Below, one piece after another: positions 52,284 through 63,074 of a stretch of DNA of 64,000 bases. Every line of letters starts with the position of its first letter. Within the stretch, counting starts at the first letter, position 1. The stretch is from an uncultured Clostridium sp. (GTDB lineage: Bacteria > Bacillota > Clostridia > Christensenellales > CAG-138), in assembly GCA_964487565.1 (NCBI GenBank), contig CAZARN010000006.1, positions 43,345 to 107,344 of the forward strand, given 5' to 3'. Both the position numbers and the translations under genes were made by a program. The notes beneath the pieces were generated by a model. That model worked only from the letters and a program-made list of their open reading frames with translations. It had not been told where the DNA came from and did no database searches.

Positions 52284-53619
52284 TACCCGTTTTCTCCTTG
52301 CGCGAAAGCACGATATAATATGCCACAAAAAGTATTATCTGCAAAACGGTGGAGCACGGCGTCGCAAGACCGACCTTGAAAAGCGTGACATTGGCGCTTC
52401 TGCTCATAATAAACGATACCGGTATCCTCACAAGAAACGCTCCCGCGATGCCTTGAAGCATCACGAAGAGCGTTTTTCCGCATCCGTTGAAATAACCGAT
52501 CATGCAAAACATGATCGAAACAAATATCGTGTCGATCGCGTATGCGCGAAGATAGTCCGCCCCCGCGGCGATCACATCCGCATCCTTTGCGAATATCGAG
52601 CAAAGCGCGTCCCCGTGGAAAAACGAAACATAGAAAATGAACGCGGCGCATGCGAGCGAAATACCGATGCCGGTAAAGAGCGCCTTCTTTGCGCGCTGCG
52701 GCTCTCCTGCGCCGATATTCTGCGCCACAAAAGCGGATATCGACTGACTGAACGCGCTAGGCATCAGCATGATGAACGCACAGACCTTCTCTGCCACGCC
52801 GACTCCAGCGGACGCAATAAGTCCCAGCGAGTTTACGATCGCCAGTATTACGAGGAATGAGGCGCTCACAAGCGCATCCTGAAGTGCGATGGGCGCCCCA
52901 AGCTTCACAACGCCCTTTATTGTGTCCATCTCAAAGCGGACGTTCTTTTTGGAAAATGCAAACGGAAGCGGCTGACGTCTTATAACAAGCGCGGAGATCA
53001 GCACGCTTATCGCCTGCGCCGCCACTGTTGCCAAAGCCGCGCCGGAAGCGCCCATGCCAAGCTTCGCCACAAGCACATAGTCGCCGACTATATTGAAAAC
53101 ACAGGCAATCAAAACCGTGATGAGCGGTATTTTTGAATTGCCCATTCCGCGAAAGATACTTCCAAGCACGTTATATGCAATGATAAACACCGCCCCGAGT
53201 GAGCAAATGCGCACATATGAAACGGTTTGCTCAAACGCCTCCTCAGGCGCCTGCATCAAACGTGCGAACGGGCTTGCGCACAGCGTCATGACAAGCGTTA
53301 GCACAACGCCGATCGCAATGAAAAGGCAAATGCTTGCGCCGACGACGTCGCCTGCTTTTTCACTGTTTCCCTCGCCTATCCGCTGGCCGAGAAGCACGGT
53401 TGTTCCCACCGCAATACCGACGATTACGCCGGTGATCGTCTGCATTATCTGACTGCCGGTTGAAACCGCGGATACATCTGCGGATGATGCAAACTGTCCC
53501 ACGATGAAAAGGTCCACGCCGCCGTACATAGCCTGAAGAAAAAGCGCCAGCAGCACCGGTACGGCAAATTCCAAAAGCGGGGCAACGATTTTTCCCCTTG
53601 TAAAGTCAAGATTTTTCAT
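52273..53619 (-). CDS. MATE family efflux transporter
   Basis: 448 aa. The N-terminus LLEFAVPVLLALFLQAMYGGVDLFIVGQF is MATE-like. Confidence 0.85.
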   Translation of the reverse strand: MKNLDFTRGKIVAPLLEFAVPVLLALFLQAMYGGVDLFIVGQFASSADVSAVSTGSQIMQTITGVIVGIAVGTTVLLGQRIGEGNSEKAGDVVGASICLFIAIGVVLTLVMTLCASPFARLMQAPEEAFEQTVSYVRICSLGAVFIIAYNVLGSIFRGMGNSKIPLITVLIACVFNIVGDYVLVAKLGMGASGAALATVAAQAISVLISALVIRRQPLPFAFSKKNVRFEMDTIKGVVKLGAPIALQDALVSASFLVILAIVNSLGLIASAGVGVAEKVCAFIMLMPSAFSQSISAFVAQNIGAGEPQRAKKALFTGIGISLACAAFIFYVSFFHGDALCSIFAKDADVIAAGADYLRAYAIDTIFVSIMFCMIGYFNGCGKTLFVMLQGIAGAFLVRIPVSFIMSRSANVTLFKVGLATPCSTVLQIILFVAYYIVLSRKEKTGIIS

Positions 53620-53732
53620 TTTATGTCACTCCCAAAACGGGTTCATTCTATCACACATATTTTTTTATGGCAACCGCACGCAGCCAAATGCGTTATGCTA
53701 TAATGATATAAACCATTGAAAGGTAATTGCTT

Positions 53733-54398
53733 ATGAAAAGATTCATTGCCATTGCTGCGGCGCTCATTATCACGCTAATATATATTCCTGTGCTTGCAGA
53801 CGGGGCCGACGCGGCAAACGCGCTGTCCTCGCTTTGGGAGACAGAAGGTTATCCCGAAGATGTCGGCGGCGTTTTCTATGATCAAACCAGCGGCAAATGC
53901 GGCGTGCTTCTCACACAGCTTTCCCGGGAACGCGAAAGTGAAATACTCGCGCTCACAGACTATCCCGAGGATGTGTTTTTTGTTCAATGCAGCTATTCGC
54001 ATAAAGATATGTTCGTCGCGCAGCAGCAGATAACCGCAGGCTATATATCCGATAAAAAAATCGTCGGCGTCGGCATCGGCTGGATATCAGACGACAACGG
54101 CGTTACCGGCTTCGGTGAAAGCGGTTATGAGATGCGCGTAGTGGTCGATGTGACCGAAGAAAACTATGATGAAATGTACGCCCTGCTCTCCGGTGTTTAC
54201 GGCGATATGGTATATCTTGAGATCAGCAGTCCGATAACAGCCGAAGATAATACCGCGGAATTACATACGCAGACGTCAGACGGCGAAAAGCCCAACATCG
54301 TGCTTTATATCTGCATCGGGATTTTCTTCGCCGCAACAGTGACGGTGTTCGTGTTTTGGCTCATCAGAATGAAGGAGCGTCATATCGACGGCAAATAA
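53733..54398 (+). CDS. hypothetical exported protein with C-terminal membrane anchor
   Basis: Signal-peptide-like N-terminus MKRFIAIAAALIITLIYIPVLADG and a C-terminal TM segment IVLYICIGIFFAATVTVFVFWLI. No recognised domain. Confidence 0.5.
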   Translation: MKRFIAIAAALIITLIYIPVLADGADAANALSSLWETEGYPEDVGGVFYDQTSGKCGVLLTQLSRERESEILALTDYPEDVFFVQCSYSHKDMFVAQQQITAGYISDKKIVGVGIGWISDDNGVTGFGESGYEMRVVVDVTEENYDEMYALLSGVYGDMVYLEISSPITAEDNTAELHTQTSDGEKPNIVLYICIGIFFAATVTVFVFWLIRMKERHIDGK

Positions 54399-54412
54399 GC
54401 GATAAAACGAAT

Positions 54413-54436
54413 CCCTCCGGCATATACCGGAGGGAC
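54413..54436. terminator. bidirectional terminator between the hypothetical exported protein gene and rpoD
   Basis: Stem TCCCTCCGG / CCGGAGGGA with a 6-nt loop. Confidence 0.7.
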
Positions 54437-54454
54437 TTATTATTGTGCTATTCC

Positions 54455-55543
54455 TTATTCAAGGAAGTCCTTGAGTTTCTTACTGCGTGACGGATGGCGC
54501 AGTTTTCTCAATGCTTTCGCCTCGATCTGGCGTATGCGCTCGCGCGTAACGTTGAACTCGCGTCCGACCTCTTCAAGCGTGCGCGCCTTGCCGTCGTCTA
54601 GTCCGAAGCGCAGACGCAGCACCTTTTCCTCTCGCGGGGTGAGTGTGTCAAGCACCTCCATAAGCTGTTCCTTCAAAAGCGTGAAGGAAGCCATATCGTC
54701 CGGCGCCGGCGCATCGTCATCCTTTATAAAGTCGCCCAGATGACTGTCCTCTTCCTCTCCGATAGGGGTTTCAAGGGAAACAGGCTCCTGCGCGACCTTT
54801 ATTATCTCGCGCACCTTCTCCTCCGAGATACCCATCTCCGCCGCGATCTCATCCGGACGCGGCTCGCGCCCATATTCCTGCAAAAGCTGACGGTTCACAC
54901 GGATAAGCTTATTTATCGTTTCGACCATATGCACAGGTATTCGTATGGTGCGGGCCTGATCGGCTATCGCGCGGGTTATCGCCTGCCTTATCCACCATGT
55001 AGCATAGGTTGAAAACTTATAGCCCTTCCTGTAATCGAACTTCTCCACAGCCTTTATGAGGCCCAGATTGCCCTCCTGAATGAGATCAAGGAAAAGCATT
55101 CCGCGGCCGACATAGCGTTTGGCAACCGACACGACAAGACGCAGGTTGGCTTCCGCAAGCTGTTGCTTCGCCTCCTGATCGCCGTCGGCCATGCGCTTTG
55201 CTATATCGATCTCCTCTGCGGCTGAAAGCAAAGGAACTTTGCCGATTTCCTTAAGATACATCCTCACAGGATCGTCAATTGCGACGCCCTCCGTTGCCGA
55301 TGTATCCTCGATTTCGGTGGTATCGTCGCTTATATCCTCTGCGACCTCTGCCTCTTCTTCAACGATGTCGATATTGAGGGACTCAAATCTGTCATAGAGC
55401 CTCTCGATCTGGTCGGAATCAAGCTCCATCTCCTCAAGGGTATCCATGACTTCCTTATAAGTCAGTACGCCCTTAGCCTTGCCGCGTTCTATGAGTTCCT
55501 CTACCTTGTTCATCTTGGGTTCTTTGCCGTCCAATGCGCCCAC
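54455..55543 (-). CDS. rpoD: RNA polymerase sigma factor RpoD/SigA
   Basis: Motifs [13 protein letters not shown] and [20 protein letters not shown]. The start is uncertain: GTG 55543, TTG 55534 or ATG 55513. Confidence 0.95.
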   Translation of the reverse strand: MGALDGKEPKMNKVEELIERGKAKGVLTYKEVMDTLEEMELDSDQIERLYDRFESLNIDIVEEEAEVAEDISDDTTEIEDTSATEGVAIDDPVRMYLKEIGKVPLLSAAEEIDIAKRMADGDQEAKQQLAEANLRLVVSVAKRYVGRGMLFLDLIQEGNLGLIKAVEKFDYRKGYKFSTYATWWIRQAITRAIADQARTIRIPVHMVETINKLIRVNRQLLQEYGREPRPDEIAAEMGISEEKVREIIKVAQEPVSLETPIGEEEDSHLGDFIKDDDAPAPDDMASFTLLKEQLMEVLDTLTPREEKVLRLRFGLDDGKARTLEEVGREFNVTRERIRQIEAKALRKLRHPSRSKKLKDFLE

Positions 55544-55554
55544 TCCCTTTGCTT

Positions 55555-57318
55555 TTATTTGTATCTCGTAAGTTTTATTTGCAGTTTGTTTATCTGTTCA
55601 ATCATTTCCATGTTTTTGCTGTTGTTGTACTCATCGGTAAGTTCCTTTATCCGCTGCTCGATTTCGCGCCGCACAAGCGTTTTTATACAGTCATCCGCAA
55701 CAGTTTCGGCGTTGTCCGCAATGGAATCATCGGCAAATACCGATGCGGCGGCGTCCGGGTCCTTAAGGCCCGCGATCAGCGACGGCATGTCCGGCGAGGC
55801 GTTCCCCCCGGCATACGCCAACAAAATCGCCTCGGCAAACTCCGCAAGGCCTGGGTTTGTGAACGCCACGTTTTCCGCCGCCATTCTCGCGCTCACATGT
55901 GCTGCCGCCTCGGCGCTGCCAAGCATACACGCGGCAAGCGTTCGCTCGGTCTTATCCGTCTCAGGAAGCATCTCTGCGTCCCGCCTGCTCCTAGTATTCC
56001 GGATTTTTCCAACGGTATTCTCAGTCGCCCCGGCGGCAACTCCGCACTGCGCGCGGATGGTATCCTCGGGAATACCTGTTTTTCTTGCAACGAACGGAAT
56101 ATAGCGGTCCTTCTCCACAGGCTGCAGCGTGCCTATGAAAGCGCAGGCCTTCACGGCGAAAGCTTCACGCCCGTTCTCACTCATCAGATCAAAGCTTTCC
56201 GCCATGTTTGCAAGGCGGAAACCGTTTCCGGTCATCGCCGTGTCACGCAGCTTAAGGAAGGCATTTTTCCCGTACTTTCGCACATAATCATCCGGATCAA
56301 GATCGTCCGGGATTTTGATCACGCGCACGTCAAGTCCTTCGTGACCCAGAATATCGATACCTCTGAGCGTGGCGTTCTGACCGGCGCTGTCCCCGTCATA
56401 GCACAGGAACACTTTATCTGTGAAGCGCTTCACCAGCCTAGCCTGAGACTGTGTCATCGCAGTGCCCAGCGAAGCCACTGCATTTGATATGCCTGCCGCA
56501 TGGAGGCTTATCACATCCATATAGCCTTCAACCATGATCAGCTCTCCCTTGAGGCCTTTCTGCATATTCATGGCATATAGGTTATTGCGTTTGTTGTATA
56601 TGGGCGTATCGCCGGTGTTGATGTACTTAGGCTGCTCGTCCTTCTTGAGCGTGCGCGCACCAAAGCCAAGCACACGTCCGTTGGTGGCAATTATGGGATA
56701 AATCAGCCGTCCCCGGTATGCGTCATAGCAGCCGTCCCCTGCTTTGTTGCGTATCGCAACGCCCGCGTCTATAAGCTCCCTGTCCGTAAAGCCCTTCTTC
56801 TTCAAGTATCCGGAAACTTCATCCCATGAATCCGGTGCGAACCCGAGGCCGAAGCGCACAACGGTTTCCCATTCAACGCCTCTTTTTTTCAGATATTTTC
56901 TCGCCTGCTCTCCTGCGTCGCTTTTCAATTTTTCATGATAAAAGCGCGCAGCAGCCTTGCAAACCGCATAAAGCTTGTCCTTATATGCCCGCTCGGCACG
57001 CAATTTTTCATCGTTTATCTCATCCGGAAGCTCCATTCCGGCCCGCTGGGCAAGCATCGTGACCGCTTCTGAAAAAGAGACCTTTTCAACCTTCATCACA
57101 AGGTTTATCACCCCGCCGCCGGCATGACAGCCGAAGCAATAAAACATCTGCTTCTCGCTTTGCACGGAAAACGACGGCGTCTTTTCATTGTGGAGCGGAC
57201 AGCATCCCCAGAAACGTCCGCCCTTTGGAGAAAGAGCTGTATAATCCGAAGCGACGGATACAATATCGGTTTTGGCAAGGAGCTCGTTGAGCCATTCTTC
57301 AGGGAAGTTCGACATCAT
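55555..57318 (-). CDS. dnaG: DNA primase
   Basis: Zinc finger [11 protein letters not shown]...[14 protein letters not shown] motif VEGYMDV, 587 aa. Confidence 0.95.
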   Translation of the reverse strand: MMSNFPEEWLNELLAKTDIVSVASDYTALSPKGGRFWGCCPLHNEKTPSFSVQSEKQMFYCFGCHAGGGVINLVMKVEKVSFSEAVTMLAQRAGMELPDEINDEKLRAERAYKDKLYAVCKAAARFYHEKLKSDAGEQARKYLKKRGVEWETVVRFGLGFAPDSWDEVSGYLKKKGFTDRELIDAGVAIRNKAGDGCYDAYRGRLIYPIIATNGRVLGFGARTLKKDEQPKYINTGDTPIYNKRNNLYAMNMQKGLKGELIMVEGYMDVISLHAAGISNAVASLGTAMTQSQARLVKRFTDKVFLCYDGDSAGQNATLRGIDILGHEGLDVRVIKIPDDLDPDDYVRKYGKNAFLKLRDTAMTGNGFRLANMAESFDLMSENGREAFAVKACAFIGTLQPVEKDRYIPFVARKTGIPEDTIRAQCGVAAGATENTVGKIRNTRSRRDAEMLPETDKTERTLAACMLGSAEAAAHVSARMAAENVAFTNPGLAEFAEAILLAYAGGNASPDMPSLIAGLKDPDAAASVFADDSIADNAETVADDCIKTLVRREIEQRIKELTDEYNNSKNMEMIEQINKLQIKLTRYK

Positions 57319-57394
57319 ACCGCTCCTTTCTCAAAATTCCGTAAGTTGATATTTTCCACGAAAAATCAACAATTCCTGCTTCGGTTAAAAAATA

Positions 57395-58414
57395 TCAAAC
57401 CCATTCTCTCGGCACAAACCTGTTCTCATAATCGTTGACGGCGTATCTGTCCGTCATACAGGCGATATAATCAGCCGCAACGCGCTCTTTCCCATCCTCG
57501 TCTATGAACTTGGTAAAGTCATCCGGCAAAAGGTCAAGGTGCGCAAGATAATACTTGTAAAGCTGCTCGACAACATGCTTTCCCTTGCCTTCCTCGCGCT
57601 TGGCCGCAGCGTTCAGATAAACATGGTCGAACATATATGAGCGGAGTTTCAAAAATTTCTCTTTAACATCCTGCGACATGATTATATCGTTTTTGCCATA
57701 CGAGCCGTAAACCACGTCGAGTATCAGCGTGTTTATCCTTTTACCGTGCGAATGTCCGAGGATCTCCGTACAGTCGTCCGGAAGCTCTTCCTCGGTTATT
57801 ACGCCCGCGCGTATGCCGTCATCAATATCATGATTTATATAGGCGATCCTGTCCGACAGGCTGACTATCTTTCCTTCAAGCGTCAACGGAACGCCGCCGC
57901 CGGAATGGTTGAGAATGCCGTCGCGCACCTCAAATGTCAGGTTCAGGCCTTCGCCCTCGTTCTCAAGCTTTTCGACGACCCTGAGGCTTTGCACGTTATG
58001 TTCGAAACCTCCCGGCACCAGATCATTGAGAACGCTTTCGCCGGCATGGCCGAACGGCGTGTGTCCGAGATCATGCCCCAGTGCGATCGCTTCGGTAAGG
58101 TCTTCGTTGAGGCGCAGGCCGCGCGCGATCGTGCGCGCGATCTGACTGACCTCAAGCGTATGCGTGAGACGGGTGCGGTAATGATCCCCTGCCGGCGAAA
58201 GGAACACCTGCGTCTTATGTTTCAGCCTTCTGAATGATTTGCAATGGATTATCCTGTCGCGGTCCCTTTGGAAATCCGTGCGCAGCGGGCATGGATCGAT
58301 AGGTTTCTCACGCCCGCGAGTATTTCTTGAAAGTGTAGCATAAGGCGAAAGCGTGTCCGCTTCAAGCTGTTCAACATGCTCCCTCATGAACCCTCTCGTA
58401 ATATCGTCTTCCAT
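57395..58414 (-). CDS. dgt: dGTP triphosphohydrolase-like HD-domain protein
   Basis: Motifs RLTHTLEVSQIAR and GHDLGHTPFGH. Start at the ATG at 58414, after a GGAGG RBS. Confidence 0.85.
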   Translation of the reverse strand: MEDDITRGFMREHVEQLEADTLSPYATLSRNTRGREKPIDPCPLRTDFQRDRDRIIHCKSFRRLKHKTQVFLSPAGDHYRTRLTHTLEVSQIARTIARGLRLNEDLTEAIALGHDLGHTPFGHAGESVLNDLVPGGFEHNVQSLRVVEKLENEGEGLNLTFEVRDGILNHSGGGVPLTLEGKIVSLSDRIAYINHDIDDGIRAGVITEEELPDDCTEILGHSHGKRINTLILDVVYGSYGKNDIIMSQDVKEKFLKLRSYMFDHVYLNAAAKREEGKGKHVVEQLYKYYLAHLDLLPDDFTKFIDEDGKERVAADYIACMTDRYAVNDYENRFVPREWV

Positions 58415-58507
58415 GCTTTGCCTCCGATATATTTGTATTATTGGCGTTATTTTCTTCGTTTTTTTGCAAAATCCTTTTTTATGGTCAAAAAAACCTTTCT
58501 GCACCAT

Positions 58508-58537
58508 AAAAACAGCCTCCGCATGAAGCGGAGGCTG
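58508..58537 (-). terminator. terminator after rpsI
   Basis: Stem CAGCCTCCGC / GCGGAGGCTG followed by TTTTTAT on the minus strand. Confidence 0.85.
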
Positions 58538-58555
58538 TATGAGCGCAAAACAAAG

Positions 58556-58951
58556 TTAACGCTTGCTGAACTGCGGTGCGCGACGTGCGGCCTTGAGGCC
58601 GTACTTCTTTCTTTCCTTCATTCTCTGGTCACGGGTCAGATAACCGGCCTTTTTAAGGGCGGAACGAAGCTCCGGATCTGCGATGAGCAGAGCGCGGGCT
58701 ATGCCGTGACGGATTGCACCGGCCTGACCGGTCGTGCCGCCGCCGTGAACGTTGGCAACCACGTCGAACTTCGCTGAGGTCTCAGTGAGCACAAGGGGCT
58801 CACGGACGATCATCTTGAGGGTCTCATGTCCGAAATAATCCTCAAGGTCGCGCTTGTTGACGGTGATGGCGCCGGTTCCGGGGAGCAGACGAACGCGGGC
58901 AACGGATGACTTACGTCTTCCGGTTCCGAGATACTGAGTGATGTTTGCCAT
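58556..58951 (-). CDS. rpsI: 30S ribosomal protein S9
   Basis: [19 protein letters not shown] and the C-terminal RRAPQFSKR. Confidence 0.97.
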   Translation of the reverse strand: MANITQYLGTGRRKSSVARVRLLPGTGAITVNKRDLEDYFGHETLKMIVREPLVLTETSAKFDVVANVHGGGTTGQAGAIRHGIARALLIADPELRSALKKAGYLTRDQRMKERKKYGLKAARRAPQFSKR

Positions 58952-58969
58952 AATCTTATCTCCTTCCCC

Positions 58970-59401
58970 TTACTTGAGCACGAGCGTCTCGGGCATCTGG
59001 GCGGCATGATCATGCTCCGGTCCTGCATAAATGCGGACCTTCTTGAGCATCTTGCTGCCGAGGGGACCCTTGGGCATCATGCGGCGGATCGCCTCATATA
59101 CGGCGAACTCAGGCTTCTTCGCGAGAAGATCGCGATAAGGAACCTCTTTAAGTCCTCCGGGATAACCTGTGTGATGTCTGTAAAGTTTCTGATCGAGCTT
59201 ACGTCCGGTAAGCCTGACCTTGTCCGCGTTGATGATGATGACGAAATCGCCTGTGTCAACATGCGGAGTATATATGGGCTTGTTTTTCCCGCGCAGTATA
59301 GCGGCAACCTGTGAAGCAAGACGACCGAGCACCATGTCGTTCGCATCAACAACATACCACTTACGCTCGAGGGTTTCGCCCTTTGCCATATAGGTCTTCA
59401 T
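58970..59401 (-). CDS. rplM: 50S ribosomal protein L13
   Basis: [30 protein letters not shown]. Start at the ATG at 59401, after a GGAGG RBS. The track extension is leader sequence. Confidence 0.97.
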   Translation of the reverse strand: MKTYMAKGETLERKWYVVDANDMVLGRLASQVAAILRGKNKPIYTPHVDTGDFVIIINADKVRLTGRKLDQKLYRHHTGYPGGLKEVPYRDLLAKKPEFAVYEAIRRMMPKGPLGSKMLKKVRIYAGPEHDHAAQMPETLVLK

Positions 59402-59508
59402 GGCTAATCCTCCTGAAGGTAATAATTTGATGATCGCTCGCGCAGAAAGTCTCCATGCCGCCGGGGCTAGTGGCTGCATACATCCATCCTGCAGAACACG
59501 CGGATATT
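59402..59508 (-). promoter_or_regulatory. 5' leader of rplM (candidate L13 ribosomal-protein leader)
   Basis: Untranslated leader of about 100 nt between the promoter and the GGAGG RBS. Firmicute rplM genes are known to carry an autoregulatory L13 leader. The structure was not verified here. Confidence 0.4.
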
Positions 59509-59537
59509 ATTTTATCGAATCGAGCCTGACATGTCAA
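59509..59537 (-). promoter_or_regulatory. consensus sigma-A promoter of rplM-rpsI
   Basis: Minus strand TTGACA -17 nt- TAAAAT. Confidence 0.65.
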
Positions 59538-59582
59538 GCGAAAAAGTGCCTGTTTGAGCGATTATTTTCAAATTTGTCCTCA

Positions 59583-60044
59583 TCAGGCCATATCGGGAAA
59601 GCCTGTCTGCCTCAACGCCTCATATAATACGATCGCCACGGCGTTTGACAGGTTCAGCGAGCGTCTCTCGTCAAGCATCGGAATGCGTATTGTGTCTTTC
59701 GCTCTTGATGCGAGAAGCGCTTGCCCGAGCCCGGCGGTTTCCTTGCCGAAAACGAGAAAGTCGCCATCGCTGTAGCTCACATCGCAATAGGAGCGCACGG
59801 CATGTGTTGATGTTAAATAAAAACGGCCTCCCGGATTCTTTTTCTCAACTTCTTCGTATGAGTCATAATAACTGACGTCGAGATACTTCCAGTAATCAAG
59901 TCCCGCGCGTTTGAGATGTTTGTCGTCAACCGAAAAGCCGAGCGGACGCACAAGATGCAGCCTTGCCCCCGTAATTGCGCAGGTACGCGATATATTGCCG
60001 GTGTTCTCGGGTATTTCGGGCTCGACAAGCACGATATTGAGCAT
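59583..60044 (-). CDS. trmL: tRNA (cytidine/uridine-2'-O-)-methyltransferase TrmL (SpoU family)
   Basis: 153 aa. LVEPEIPENTGNISRTCA and the C-terminal LNLSNAVAIVLYEALRQ. Confidence 0.85.
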   Translation of the reverse strand: MLNIVLVEPEIPENTGNISRTCAITGARLHLVRPLGFSVDDKHLKRAGLDYWKYLDVSYYDSYEEVEKKNPGGRFYLTSTHAVRSYCDVSYSDGDFLVFGKETAGLGQALLASRAKDTIRIPMLDERRSLNLSNAVAIVLYEALRQTGFPDMA

Positions 60045-60056
60045 ATTACACCCCTG

Positions 60057-61064
60057 TTATTTATAAAAGAAACTGTTACCGCCATATGTCGCATAATATG
60101 TAAATGCGCTCCATGACGTTCCCTTTGACGAAGACCTGAAATACAACACGTTTTCCGGCAACAGCATATCTCCGTTGACAAATATCTGTTTCACAGCCGC
60201 CACCGCCGTGGCAGACGGCGTGACGGAATATATGCTGTCATTGGCGACTGAAAACTGGTATTTCTGGAATATCACGCCTTTGACCGTATCGGGGAAGCCT
60301 GAGCTTTTTATTCTGTTATATATCACGTTTGCAACAGCCGCCTGTGCTTCAATCGAGCTGCCGTTTGCCTCCCTGTGCACGACCTGCGCGATAAGCATGA
60401 GCTCATCCGCGGTGAATCCGTTCGCGTCGGAAAACGATCCGTTCCCGGAAGGCTTTTGCGTCTGTGTCGGGGTCGAAGTCGGTTTTGCCGTGGCTGTCGA
60501 CTGCGGTTTGGGCGTCGCCGTTGCAGGTGAACCGAATTCGGCGAACTGCTTGAGCACATAACCTCGGTCATCATCGATCTTTATCCTGTACCAGTCTCCG
60601 CTTTCGCCTGTAATGGTTATTTTCGCGTTTCTGCCAAGCTCGCGGATGATATCGTATTTTGTCCCGGGGCCTTTGCGCATGTTGGCGCTTCCGGCGTTGA
60701 TATATCCGGCTTTATATTCGCTGTACTCGTCTATCTTATATTCATGTGTCGGCGAAGGAGACGGCTCGGCTGAAGCTGACGGCGTTGGTGAAGGCGTGAT
60801 TTCCGGCGTTGGTGAAGGCTTGTCCGGAGAAGGAGTTGCCGCCTGTACGGCGGTATGCACCTTGTAAGGCGTCGTGCTCACCGTCGGGCACGGCGTGATA
60901 TCGATCACCTCCGGCTGTTCCTCCTGCGCGGATTCGTTTTCAACAAGCGCAAGGCTGTCGAGCTCTTCCTGTGAATATATGTTCGCTGTATCCGCAACGG
61001 CCATGCAGCCTGTCAGCATGGCCATAATAAGCGGTAATACGAGTTGATGAACAAGTCGCTTCAC
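60057..61064 (-). CDS. SleB/CwlJ-type cell wall hydrolase lipoprotein with SH3b domain
   Basis: Lipobox MLTGCM, Pro/Thr/Ser linkers, an SH3b-like segment (GSANMRKGPGTKYD...GDWYRI), and a C-terminal Hydrolase_2-like LIAQVVHREANGSSIEAQAAVANVIYNR. Confidence 0.8.
   Translation of the reverse strand: MKRLVHQLVLPLIMAMLTGCMAVADTANIYSQEELDSLALVENESAQEEQPEVIDITPCPTVSTTPYKVHTAVQAATPSPDKPSPTPEITPSPTPSASAEPSPSPTHEYKIDEYSEYKAGYINAGSANMRKGPGTKYDIIRELGRNAKITITGESGDWYRIKIDDDRGYVLKQFAEFGSPATATPKPQSTATAKPTSTPTQTQKPSGNGSFSDANGFTADELMLIAQVVHREANGSSIEAQAAVANVIYNRIKSSGFPDTVKGVIFQKYQFSVANDSIYSVTPSATAVAAVKQIFVNGDMLLPENVLYFRSSSKGTSWSAFTYYATYGGNSFFYK
60781..60828 (-). repeat. 24-bp tandem imperfect repeat in the Pro/Thr/Ser linker of the cell wall hydrolase
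   Basis: GGCGTTGGTGAAGGC occurs at 60781-60795 and again at 60805-60819. It encodes the repeated PSPTP linker units. Confidence 0.8.
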
Positions 61065-61068
61065 GGCT

Positions 61069-62457
61069 TTAGAGGATAAACCTGCCGAGGTCCTGCTCCT
61101 CGTACCGGCCGCTCATGCGTTCCTTCACATAAGCTTCGTCGATTGTGACTTTTGTGAGCGGATAGTCGCCGCCCGCATTGAAAGATATATCGTCAAGAAG
61201 GTTTTCGATTATCGTATGCAGTCGCCTCGCCCCGATGTTTTCCGAGGTTTCGTTCGCCGCATACGCAAGCTTCGCGATCTCCTCAAGCGCTCCGTCCGTG
61301 AACTCAAGGACGATATTATCGGTTTTGAGAAGAGCCGCATACTGTTTTATTATGGCGTGTTCAGGCTGTGAGAGGATACGCCTGTAATCCTCCACCGTAA
61401 GCGCGGCAAGATCCACCCTTATCGGAAAACGCCCCTGCAACTCCGGAATGAGGTCAGAGATCTTTGACACATGGAACGCACCGGCTGCAATAAAAAGCAT
61501 GTAATCGGTTTTGACAGGCCCGTATTTTGTGTTCACTGTGCATCCCTCAACGATCGGAAGGATATCCCTTTGCACGCCCTCGCGCGAAACATCAGGTCCC
61601 GATGAAGCATGCTGCGCGCCGGCTATCTTGTCGATCTCATCGATGAAAATTATACCGTCCTGTTCCGCTTTCTCGATTGCTTCCCTCGTCACCTCATCCA
61701 TATCGATGAGCTTTTCGGCTTCCTCCTGGGCGAGTATGCGGCGCGCTTCCTTCACTGTGACCTTGCGTTTTTTCTTCTTTGTCGGAAGTATTCCGCTCAT
61801 CATCTCGTTTAGATTTATGTCAATGCCCATGGCAAGCATCGCGTCGCTGCCGTTCTGGCTTTGCTCCACTTCAACTTCGATCAGCTCGTCTTCAAGAAGT
61901 CCGGCGCGCAGTCTTCCCGCAACCTCTTCGCGCTTTGTCATGTGACGCTGTTTCTCTTCTTCGGTAAGCTCCGGCTGGTCGTTCTCAGCACCCGCGCCAA
62001 GAAGAAGCTGTATGGGGTTCATCGTTTGCGCGGTGGTCTTTTTGCGCTCTATCGGAACGATCAGATCGATTATTTTCTGTTCCGCCGCGGCATCCGCAAC
62101 CATGCGTACCTCCGCCATCTTCTTGTCCTTGCACAGGCGTATTGACGCCTCCACAAGATCCCGTATCATGGAATCCACGTCGCGTCCGACATAACCGACC
62201 TCCGTGAATTTGGTGGCTTCAACCTTCACGAGCGGCGCATCGACAAGCTTGGCAAGCCTGCGTGCGATCTCGGTTTTGCCAACGCCCGTAGGGCCGACCA
62301 TAATGATGTTTTTTGGCGTGATCTCCTCGCGCAGCTCAGGTGCAAGCTTCGCGCGGCGATAGCGGTTTCTGAGCGCAATCGCGACGGCGCGCTTTGCTTC
62401 GTCCTGACCGATTATATATTTGTCGAGTGCTTCGACTGTTTCTTTGGGCGTCAGCAT
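61069..62457 (-). CDS. hslU: ATP-dependent protease ATPase subunit HslU
   Basis: [25 protein letters not shown] and [15 protein letters not shown]. Its start overlaps the hslV stop (TGATG). Confidence 0.95.
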   Translation of the reverse strand: MLTPKETVEALDKYIIGQDEAKRAVAIALRNRYRRAKLAPELREEITPKNIIMVGPTGVGKTEIARRLAKLVDAPLVKVEATKFTEVGYVGRDVDSMIRDLVEASIRLCKDKKMAEVRMVADAAAEQKIIDLIVPIERKKTTAQTMNPIQLLLGAGAENDQPELTEEEKQRHMTKREEVAGRLRAGLLEDELIEVEVEQSQNGSDAMLAMGIDINLNEMMSGILPTKKKKRKVTVKEARRILAQEEAEKLIDMDEVTREAIEKAEQDGIIFIDEIDKIAGAQHASSGPDVSREGVQRDILPIVEGCTVNTKYGPVKTDYMLFIAAGAFHVSKISDLIPELQGRFPIRVDLAALTVEDYRRILSQPEHAIIKQYAALLKTDNIVLEFTDGALEEIAKLAYAANETSENIGARRLHTIIENLLDDISFNAGGDYPLTKVTIDEAYVKERMSGRYEEQDLGRFIL

Positions 62458-62990
62458 CAGACTTCCTCCACTGAAATATTCCCGTTTGTATAAACGCATA
62501 TACCGGATGCGATGATGAGCGACTTTTCAGCGATCTCCCGCGCGGTAAGCTGCGTGTTCTCCTTGAGCGCCTTTGCCGCTGCAAGCGCGTACATTCCGCC
62601 TGAGCCAATCGCAGCGATCCCGTCGTCAGGATCGATCACCTCTCCCGTGCCGGATACTATAAGAAGCTCCTGCGCGTCAGCGACGATAAGCATTGCCTGA
62701 AGCTGACGCATTGCCTTGTCGCTCCTCCATTCCTGAGCAAGCGATACCGCCGCCCGCTTGAGGCTGCCGCTGTACTGTTCAAGCTTCGCCTCAAATCTTT
62801 CGCAAAGCGAGAACGCATCCGCAACAGTGCCCGCAAAGCCCGTGACGACCTTGTCGTGATATATACGGCGAACCTTCTTCGCAGTATGCTTCATTATTGT
62901 TGTTTCGCCAAGCGTTACCTGACCGTCCCCTGCTACGGCACACTTTCCGTCGCGCTTTACTGCGATTATCGTTGTTCCCATCAATGGCAT
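62457..62990 (-). CDS. hslV: ATP-dependent protease subunit HslV
   Basis: [24 protein letters not shown], with an N-terminal Thr nucleophile motif. Confidence 0.95.
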   Translation of the reverse strand: MPLMGTTIIAVKRDGKCAVAGDGQVTLGETTIMKHTAKKVRRIYHDKVVTGFAGTVADAFSLCERFEAKLEQYSGSLKRAAVSLAQEWRSDKAMRQLQAMLIVADAQELLIVSGTGEVIDPDDGIAAIGSGGMYALAAAKALKENTQLTAREIAEKSLIIASGICVYTNGNISVEEV

Positions 62991-63074
62991 AAGATTTATC
63001 CGCCTTTCCTTTGAACAAATTCATGATATCACAAAAGAGCCTCATATTGGCCCGATTTCAAAATGCTTTACATT

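Noticed and set aside
55534-56487. 317-aa + strand ORF antisense to dnaG (with similar cases at 22599-23468, 22792-23532 and 48068-48712)
   Set aside because: These are shadow ORFs inside conserved housekeeping genes. They have no RBS and no recognisable motifs.
57345-57370. AT-rich imperfect hairpin GTTGATATTTTC-CAC-GAAAAATCAAC between dgt and dnaG as a terminator or CodY-like site
   Set aside because: The stem is AU-rich with a bulge and lacks a following U-tract. The match to the CodY box AATTTTCWGAAAATT is poor. It is probably of little consequence.
57395-58414. dGTPase-like gene as an anti-phage nucleotide-depletion defence gene
   Set aside because: It sits in the classical housekeeping dgt-dnaG-rpoD arrangement with no other defence or mobile genes nearby.
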